NCBI RefSeq assembly: GCF_009914755.1
Contig: NC_060946.1
Origin: the human T2T-CHM13v2.0 reference genome, Homo sapiens
Length of the DNA stretch: 64,000 bases
Strand: one strand, 5' to 3'
This document shows, in pieces, positions 55,263 through 64,000 of this stretch. The stretch's first letter is position 1. Each line of letters opens with the position of its first letter. Under the pieces are notes generated by a model, which was given only the letters and a program-made list of their open reading frames with translations, was not told the origin of the DNA and did no database searches. The translations under genes and the position numbers were made by a program.

Positions 55263-55964
55263 AACAAAGAGTAATATTAATAGTGGTAGCAGACAGTCTT
55301 CGGGGCCTACCTCTGGGCCAGGCATTGGGCTAAGAGTTTAGAGTGAATTATTTCATTTAATCCTCACATCTCCCTAGAGGGGTGGGTATTATTATTCTCC
55401 TCCATTTTATAAATTTGAAATCCAAAATGATGTGGCTGGCCCAGAATCACAGTGTAAGCAAATTACACATCTGGCTTTGAACGAGGTCTTCCTGCTCCTA
55501 GGCCTCTCTTTGACCACCAGGATACCCTTTCTTATGCATCAGAAGGGCATCACCAGCATAGTCTTGGCTTCAGCTCTCCACTCCTGCATAAAATGTGTAT
55601 GTTCCCCTGCCTCTGGAACCTTTATTGTTGGTGGTACTGCTGCTGCTGCTGATGATGATGATATTTAGTTGGTTTTTTTGACTGTCCCTAGACCCTTATT
55701 TAGGCTGTTCCTTTTACCCCCCTACTTGCAATGTCCTTTCTCAACGTTTTCACCTATTTGCATTAAAAGTCCTAGAAGAAAAGATATCAGGGCTCTTGAC
55801 TTCATTTTTTAAACCCACAGTGCCGAGCTCATTGCTTGTACAAAATAGATGCCCAGAAAATGCTTGTTGAAGTTAGTTTATTATTTAGTTCAATTATTAT
55901 TTGGTTCTTTATCATTAGTGCGTTATTATTTAGTTGAACTATTTAGTTAAATTTAGTTTACTGT

Positions 55965-56150
55965 ATACATTCTCAATGAGGGCAATGTTGCCCCCAAAGG
56001 GACAAAAATTGGTGCTTAGGTTCCTGTGTATGTATAAAAAACAGATCTCCTATGGTATATAAATAAGTATACAGTATATCTGCAGTATTAAATTTTCATG
56101 GAAAAAGTCATCTTAAAAGGCTCCTGGGACAGGTGATAATGAGGAAAAAA
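55965..56150 (+). mobile_element. hAT-Charlie MITE fragment
   Basis: ttctcaatgagggcaatgttgcccccaaagggacaaaaattgg..atacagtatatctgcagtattaaattttcatgg..aaaaggctcc. Confidence 0.6.
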
Positions 56151-56249
56151 GATTTTATAAGGATGAGTTTATAATATAATTCATTCAAAGTTTTAGTCTT
56201 AAAAATCTGGACGACAAAACACAAATAGACAGAATACTTAATTAAATAA

Positions 56250-56620
56250 CTCACCAAGGATGAAACACAAGTGGAAAACTCATGGGAAATGTTCATCCTT
56301 CGTAGAGGTCAAGTGAATGCACCTGCAACTACCCTTGAGGGACCACATTACACCAACTAAATTAGCTTAGAATGTTTAAACCAATAACACTTGGTGTTGG
56401 CAAGGTTATTAGAACATTGGTAAGCTCAGGGGCTTTGTGATTTGAAAGACCCCTTAGGAAAGCAACACGGCAATTCTGTCCAGCTAGAGCGGTAAAACTG
56501 TTCATGCCCTTTGACCAAAGGATTTCATTCCAGGGAATTTCTGCTTGAAGATGGATTCAACTGTAGCAAAAGTTGTATACACAAAGATGCTCATTAACTA
56601 CAGCTAGCACTGAAAAAGAA
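56250..56620 (+). mobile_element. L1ME-like ORF2-end fragment
   Basis: gtgttggcaagg..tgttcatgccctttgacc..atttcattccagggaattt..cacaaagatgctcatt. Confidence 0.65.
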
Positions 56621-56751
56621 AAAGGAAGAGGAGAAGTGAGGAGGGAAAGGGACGGAAGAGGGAGAAGGGGAAGCAGAAACGGACAGCAGGAAGGAGGAAA
56701 GGAAGGAAGATGGGAGGGAAGGAAAAATGTCAAACAAAATGAACACATGTA

Positions 56752-56913
56752 GGCCAGCTGCAGTGGCTCATGCCTGCAATCCCAGCACTTTGGGAGGCCA
56801 CGGCGGGAGGATTGCTTGAACCCAGGAATTTGAGGCTGCAGTGAGCTATGATTGTGACACTGCACTCCAGCCTGGGTGATGAAATGAGATCCTGTCTTTA
56901 AAAATAAATAAAT
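56752..56913 (+). mobile_element. Alu monomer (FRAM-like, or arm-recombined AluJ)
   Basis: Left-arm start (cagcactttgggaggcc) running into a right-arm end; TSD aacacatgta at 56742-56751 / 56914-56923. Confidence 0.88.
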
Positions 56914-57359
56914 AACACATGTAAAACACCCAACAGAGTGCTGAGCATTTGGTGAGTGCTCTACAGACAGTACTATTGCCATTAATTCTTCCTCTCTACT
57001 AGCAGTAAGACCAGAGCAATTGAGCATCTGTCCTACTGGGGGGCTTCAGAAGGAGGGTGAGTGTCAGGGGTCTTAATGAGGAGGGTCTAGAATACAGCTC
57101 CAGCAAGCTAAGATAGTGGACAGCTGCCAAGATCGTGGATAGAGGGATATCCTACACAGCTCTATTTATTAAGGAGTGGGTGTCTCCAGGCATGAATCTG
57201 AGGGCTGTTTCCTGTCCTCAGAATTCTATCACCTGGTCCTAGCTCATTGTTGATGAGCAAGCCACTGTTTCCAGTTTCCTTGGATAAAGGAGCTTCCAGC
57301 AGAGCCAACCTGGGATACATTGTGCAGACCAGTTCTAAAGAATACTTTAGAATTCTCTC

Positions 57360-57470
57360 TTTTTAAAACCACTTTATTGAGGTGTAACGGGCATACCAAA
57401 ATGTGTAGGTATTTGTTACATGCAATTTGATGGATTTGGAGATGAGCACACACCCATGAAAACATCAGTG
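57360..57470 (-). mobile_element. L1M (MD/ME) 3' end fragment
   Basis: ctttattgaggtgtaa..tgcaatttgatggatttgg..cacacccatgaaaaca. Confidence 0.7.
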
Positions 57471-58752
57471 CAAACCTCCAGTGCCCATTTTTCCTATGAC
57501 CTAAGGATGTGAAGGCATCTTAAGACTTATCCGTCTAAGGCCCAGGCATCTGCATTTACAAACTTGCCTTTTGCTTCCCTCGGGAGCCTGGTTAATGCTT
57601 GAAGGAGGCCTAGAATAAATCACCAAAGCTTTCCTATCTGGGTGGCCTTCATAGAGAAGAAGAATCCCCTCTGCTGTGTAAACATTAAACAATTTGAGAT
57701 TTCAAAGTGGTGTCTCCAAACAAAGAAGATGGCTAACACAAGCCTCCCTTGCCCACTACATGGAAGAGAAGGACTTTCTGTGAGGTTTGTGAGCCTGAAT
57801 CAAAATGCCAGCACCTGAGGCCACCCTGAGAAATCCTTCATGACTCCTGAGGATAATTTTTGCTGAGACAGAGGGAATTAGGCCTGTTCCTGTCTCTGCT
57901 AGGAAATCTCAGAACTCATCCCAGCTCACAGTTGCTGGGGAAAGAGTCTTGGGGCTGTCACCTCCATGTCTACTTTCTCCAGCATAGCAAAAGTATCCCC
58001 AGAGGCAGGAGAGGGTAACGCGCAGCAGTTGTCTATCTGACCTCGCAGTGTTGAGCCCCTGCTCAGGGAAGGCTTGGTGCCAGTCACTGGGAATCCAATA
58101 AAAGTGAAATAAATAGGGCCTCTGCCTTCGTGGAGCAGACAGCTATGTAGGGCAGACAAGCAGCCATCATCCCATTTAAAATCATTGTAAACTTACAGCT
58201 GTGAGATCTTTAGTGTTGGAAGAGCACATGAGTGGGGTTTAGGCTGGCCTGGGAGATCAAGGGAGTGATGGTTAAGCTGAAGTTCAAAGGAAGATTAGGA
58301 AGGAAGGGAAGGAAGAGGAAGAGAGTTCTATGTACAAAAACCTGTTGCCTTATTCATCCTTCTCCTGCCCTCTCTTCTCACAAAAGGAGAAATAAATAAG
58401 CAAAGATAAAAATGGGAAGGAGCATGAGCAAGTAGTTAGAGAAGTAAGGAAATGCGTAAGAGACTAGGTAAACAATGAAAGGCAGATAAGCTAGAGGGGT
58501 ATTCGGGGATGCCAGGGACGTGTGCATGAAAGAATAAATAACAAAGGAATATGGGTACAAGGAGATAAGCTAAGAAGTGAACAAAGGAAGTGAATAAGAG
58601 GTCACCTGAGTGAGGAGGAAACCAACATATGAATGAAAAGCAGGATTCCTCCATTCCAGTATTTCCCCATAGCCAAAATGGCCAAAAGGCTCTTTCCAAA
58701 TGCACACAGAATGTAGAAAACATAGAAGAGACCCATGGCTTGCTCTGTGCCA

Positions 58753-59130
58753 CAGTACAGAAGTTCTCGGCCTTGTCTGAAACATTGGAATCACCTGGAG
58801 AGCTTTAAAAGACACAGATGCCTCAGTGCCACCCCAAAGAGGCTGATGCAGTGGGCTGGGGTGTTGCCCAGGCATAAGGATTGTTGAAAGCTCTCTAGGT
58901 GACTCTCGTGGACTTCCACGGCTGGGAACCACTGCCATAAGGCACTGGTTTCATAGCCTGGTCCCTGGACCAGCAGCATCAGCATCACCTGGGACCTTGT
59001 TAAAAATACAAAATCTCAGAACCTTCCGCAGACCCACTGGGTCAGAAACTCTGGGGGTAGGGCCTGGCATCTGTGCTTTAAGAAGCCCTCCCTGGGGTTC
59101 TGATGCTCACTCAAGCCTGACATCTACTGC
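58753..59130. mobile_element. Adjacent MER5B-like (58753-58937) and MER5A (58943-59130) MITEs
   Basis: acattggaatcacctggagagctttaaaa; ggaccagcagcatcagcatcacctggga..tcagaaactctggggg. Confidence 0.85.
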
Positions 59131-59271
59131 CATGGAGGGAGTTTGTCATCGGCTGAGATTCCTTCAAGAGGAAACATGCTCCTGTTGCAGCAGAGAAAGT
59201 TCAGGTTAGATTCAAAGCAGGACCAAGTGTAGACTCCTGAGCATGATCATCAGAGCCACCATGGTCTGGGC

Positions 59272-59507
59272 CAGTGGTTTTCAACAGGGGTGGGGAGCAA
59301 TTTTGCTCTCCAAGGGACATACGGAAATGTCTGGAGATGTTTTTGATGGTCACAACATCCCCACAACAGGTGGGGTGGGGTTACTGCTGGCATCTAGAGG
59401 GTAGAGATTAGAGATGCTATTAAACATCTTAAAATGCACATGACAGTCTCCTATCATAAAGAATTATCCAGCCCAAACTTCAATTGTATTGAGGTTAAGG
59501 AACCCCA
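59272..59507 (+). mobile_element. MER20
   Basis: cagtggttttcaac..aatgtctggagatgtttttgatggtcacaac..aaagaattatccagcccaaa. Confidence 0.9.
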
Positions 59508-60999
59508 ATCTAGGTAAATGCACCTACGCAAGCTCTAGTCCTTGAAGAGAAGCACCCAATGCAAAATACTTTTATCTTGATCTCATTCCTATAAGCTTAT
59601 AGATGATGGATCTGGGGAAAAAATCCCCTACAAAATCCCATTTAACTTCTCATTTTACAGGAGAGAAAACAAGCCGGAAAAATGAAATTATTTTCTAGCA
59701 TCTCACAACACTCCTAATTCCTGTCTATTAATTTCCTCCATAAATATTTATTGAAAACTTGCTAAGTGCAAGGTACTGTGCTGATAAGAAGAATGTAATG
59801 GCAGACCAGATGGACAATTCCTGCCCTCAGGGAGCTCCCAATAATCAAAGGCATCAGTAAAATTATAAGGACTTCTTAATTTAAGGTGGCAGGAGAAGGC
59901 TCTTCTGAGGAGGTGACATTTATGCTGAGGTCTGAGGACTAAAGAGGGAAAACCATGAAGAGAGGGAACAGGTAGTACAGAGGCTGTCCTATCTCCATTA
60001 CTCCAGCCTGCAAGGAGAACCTAGCTTCTCCCTGCAGCCAGGTGTCTGCCGCTCACTGATCTGGAGGGAGTTGCTGGAGCTTGGAGAAGAACAGGCATTT
60101 AACTCCAGACAGCATTCAGAGTCTTATAGAAACCCCAGGGAGTTTATCACATCTAAGACCCTGATAGCATCTGTATTAGAAATGAGAATCCGAACAGACT
60201 GCTCATGAAAGATTAGCTTTAATTCTTTCAGAAGAATAAATGCTTATACCAACTCTGGCCCGCTTTATCTGCTTGCTCCTGCCAGCCAGCTGCCCTTTCC
60301 CTCTATCAAGATGGCCACGAGAGGACTTCCGGAATGAGTCTGTCATCTCCAATTCATTCTAACTAAACAGTCTTTTGTGAGCATCCGCTCTGCCCAGATC
60401 TGGGTGGAGAGCTATGGAGGAGAGACCAGAGGAGAAGGTACAGCCTCTACCTTTGAAATACACAAAGACGCATAGGGAGAGTAAGTTTCTTACATATCCA
60501 TTCATTCAACAGGTGCTCCCCGAGTTTAAACCCCACATCAGGCACCGCACCAGGCACTGAGGATGAAGAAAGGAAGCTCATACTCACATAGCATGTGTCA
60601 GACATGTGAATGGTTACAGGACAGTGTAAGAAGTGGGCAGGGAGTCATCACCCCAGCTGCAGAATCCAAAAGGGCTTCCTGGAGGAGGCAATGCCTGAAT
60701 TGAGAGTTGAAGACAAGCTAGCAATTAACCAGATGCAAAAGAGAGGGCAAAAGCACCAGCATGAACCAAGGACAGAGAACACAGCACATTTGATGATAAT
60801 TAAAATGGCACCATGTTGAGACCTCTTGTGTGAATTATCTCATTCACCTACTACATTTTTTTCTGTGTTTAAATGAGGAAGTTGGGGTACAATGATATTA
60901 CATACAGCTAGCAAATTGCAGTATTTATTGCAGTCTGACTGTTGGGCCTGTATTTCTAATCACTATGTTGTATATCATATCTATCTAGAAAATGATGCA

Positions 61000-61430
61000 T
61001 AATTCTCTATAACTGAATTATAAAGGATCTGTGGTAAGAAGGGGAGTGAAGGAGTTGAGGCTGCAAGTGCAGACCTGGGTAGACTTGAAGGGCCTTATAC
61101 ACAATGTTTGAAAAAGTCAGACCTTGTTCTGAGGGAGGAAATATGAAGGATTTTAAGCTGGGGAACAATATGGTCCTATTAGAATTTTAGAAAAATCATC
61201 ATGGAAGGAGGATCTTTTGGAGGGAGAGATTGGAGTCAGGGCAACTAGTGAAGAGACAGCTGTAATCATCTAAGGAAGAGAAGATATTAGTTTGGGCCAG
61301 TGGGCATGGCCCAATGGAGGTAAAGGAAATGATAAAGTTTAAAAACAAACAAAATTTTGTGATTGACTGGATACAGAGGGAACAGAAATGGGAGATTTTC
61401 AGATTTCTGGCTTGAGCTAGGACTACCACA
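61000..61430 (-). mobile_element. L2 internal fragment
   Basis: gaaggattttaagctgggga..ttttagaaaaatcatc..ccagtgggcatggccc. Confidence 0.6.
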
Positions 61431-61994
61431 ATAGCTGAAAAGAGAAGAAAAATATTTTTCATCCCAAATGAGAGAAAGAAAAGAGCTTTGGGGTAAGGTT
61501 GGGGTGAGAAGGTGAGGATGAAATGGTCAGCACCAAGAGAGGTAGGATAATAATTGTTGATATCTCTCTCTATCCTTGACAATTTTTGAAAGAATTGAGG
61601 CAAAAATAGCCCATATACCTATAGTAATGATTTCAAAATAGAGTTTAGCCTTCAAGGGCAATCTGAGGAGGAGAGAAAGGTGAGGAACCCATGTAATTGC
61701 AGCTGGAAGGCTACTCTGCTCCAACTAGCTTTCCTTTTCAACTCAGCCTACCAAGAAAAAGCAAAAGCACAAATTCAACATGATCGGTAAGAGGCAAAAA
61801 CTGAGTACAAATATTGAAACAACAGGAAAGATCATGGTAGAATAAAGGGGTCAGGAGGGCAGAGAGGAGACTCAACTTAGAGAGATACCCTGAGGCTTCT
61901 TAACACAGGTGTCGGAGCTCTTAAGGGCATGATCTGCTGAGGTCGCCATCCACCACGTGAATAGCTCAAGTATTTAAAGGAGGCACCCATGCGG

Positions 61995-62015
61995 GGTGCT
62001 GTCCGCTGTGCTGAA
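61995..62015 (-). promoter_or_regulatory. RE1/NRSE (REST-binding site) candidate
   Basis: Minus strand reads TTCAGCACAGCGGACAGCACC versus consensus TTCAGCACCacGGACAGCgCC, with canonical half-site spacing. Confidence 0.7.
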
Positions 62016-62419
62016 ATGCCATTGTGTTCTGGGCTGCTTGCAGGGCCACCTTCTAATCCTGGAATGTCAATCATATCTATCACATCTCCCACAGCTCATA
62101 ATTTCTCCTAATTTATTGATGAAAAGCTTGTGATTTATGTGCTATTAAAGAAAAAAATTGAGCCACGATTTAGGTGTGACTATATAGGGATCTAATTTTA
62201 TGAACATTTGATTATGTTTCCAACAATTACAAATTGATTTTCCCTCTGGGAACTTGAGTGGGGAAATCATTACAACTACCCACCTCCCATATCCTGATTT
62301 GGCATGCTTAGGGTTATTATTAATCTAATAGAGGAATAAATTATACACAATGCAAAGGTAAACATCAGTTTGAGGTATGCATTTGATGAATATATCCAAC
62401 AAACATTTACTTTTTAAAA

Positions 62420-63801
62420 TTTTTTTTTTATTTCCATAGGTTTTGGGAGAACAGGTGGTATTTGGTTACATTAGTAAGTTCTTCAGTGGCGATTTGTGAG
62501 ATTTTGGTGCACCCATCACCTGAGCAGTATTCACTGAACACAATTTGTACTCTTTTATCCCTCACCCCCTCCCACTATTTCCCCTGAGTCCCTGAAGTCT
62601 ATGGTATCATTCTTATGCCTTTTCATCCTCATAGCTTAGCTCCCACTTATGAGTAAGAACATAGGATGTTTTGTTTTCCATTCTTGAGTTACTATGCTTA
62701 GAATAATAGTCTTCAGTTCCATCCACGTTGCTTCAAATGCCATTAATTTGTTCCTTTTTATGACTGAGTAATATTCCATCATATATACATATGACAATTT
62801 TGGAGAGAATTGAGGCAATTCTTTTGGAAAGAATTGATATATTACATATAGGCATAGATATAGACATTATATATATATATACATATCACAATTTCTTTAT
62901 CTGCTCATTGATTGATGGGCATTTGAGGTGGTTCCATATTTTTGCAACAGCGAATTGTGCTGCTATAATCATGTGTGTGCAAGTATCTTTTTCATATAAT
63001 GACCTCTTTTCTTCTGGGTAGATACCTAGTAGTGGGATTGCTGGATCAAATGGTAGTTCTAGTTTTAGTTCTTTAAGGAATCTCTACACTGTCATCCATA
63101 GTGGTTGTACTAGTTTACATTCCCACCAGCAGTGTAGAAGTGTCCCCTTTTCACTGCATCCGTGCCAACGTCTATTGTATTTTGATTTTTTTTGTTATGG
63201 CCATTCTTGCAGGAGTAAGATGGTATTGCATTGTGGATTTGATTTTCATTTCCCTGATCATTAGTGATGTTGAGCATTTTTTCATATGTTTGTTGGCCAT
63301 TTGTATATCTTCTTTTGAGAATTATCTATTCATGTCCTTAGCCCACTTTTTGATGGGATTATTTGTTTTTTTCTTGCTAATTTATTTAAGTTCATTGTAG
63401 ATTATGGATATTAGTCCTTTGTTGGACGTATAGAGTGTGAAGATTTTCTCTCACTCTGTGGGTTGTCTGTTTACTCTGCTGACTGTTACTTTTACTGAGC
63501 AGAAGCTCTTTAGTTTAATTAAGTCTCACCTATTTATCTTTGTTTTTGTTGCATTTGCTTTTGGGTTCTTGGTCATGAAGTCTTTGCCTAAGCCAATGTC
63601 TAGAAGGGTTATTCGATGTATCTTCTAGAAGTTTTATAGTTTCAGGTCTTAGATTTAAGTCCTTGATCAATGTTGAGTTGATTTTTGTATAAGGTGACTG
63701 ATGAGGATCCAGTTTCATTCTCCTACATGTGACTTGCCAATCATCCCAGCGCCATTTGTTGTGTAGGGTGTCCTTTCCCCACTTTATGTCTTTGTTTGCT
63801 T
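62420..63801 (-). mobile_element. L1PB1-like 3' 1.4 kb inserted in an L2 tail
   Basis: tttccataggttttgggagaacaggtggtatttggttacat..gatttgtgagattttggtgcacccatcacc; ORF2-like peptides; TSD-like caacaaac(c)attta at 62397-62409 / 63802-63815. Confidence 0.92.
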
Positions 63802-64000
63802 CAACAAACCATTTATTGACCACTTACTGTACTGCATGGATTCAGGAAACAGAGGGTATAGAGATGAATCATAGTCCCTAACCTTGTGAAATTTACAATC
63901 TAATGAGGAAGACAGACTCTGAACAAGGAGTTACAAGAGAAATACACAGAGGAGACAAGTAGTGTGTGCCTACTAAGCATAAAGTACAGATGCTGTAAAA
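63802..64000 (-). mobile_element. L2 3' end
   Basis: caacaaaccatttattgaccacttactgt..gatgaatcatagtccctaacctt. Confidence 0.75.

Noticed and set aside
61527-61545. TCAGCACC RE1 left half-site
   Set aside because: The right half (gagagg) does not match GGACAG at canonical spacing.

Overview
This is primate (very probably human) nuclear DNA with no recognisable protein-coding exon, structural RNA gene or CpG island, consistent with a large intron or intergenic region. A large fraction is interspersed repeat: 14 Alu copies or monomers (J, S and Y, including a young AluYg6-like copy), L1PA/PB/MA/M fragments, many MIR and L2 relics, MaLR, ERVL and ERV1 solo LTRs, and hAT/Tigger DNA transposons. Microsatellites are also present. 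The ORFs in the supplied track that resemble anything known derive from repeats or low-complexity sequence; the rest look like chance ORFs. Three observations are not explained by routine repeat annotation. (1) The AluS at 31.3 kb is an inverted copy of the AluS at 3.5 kb together with 65 bp of that Alu's 5' flank, inserted 28 kb away with a new target-site duplication (TSD); this looks like a local retrocopy primed on the Alu poly(A). (2) A multi-piece templated insertion inside an L1PB1 appears copied from 1.2 kb upstream. (3) A near-consensus REST/RE1 site lies at 62.0 kb. Repeat subfamily names come from recalled consensus sequences, and boundaries are approximate unless TSDs are quoted. 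I cannot name the locus.
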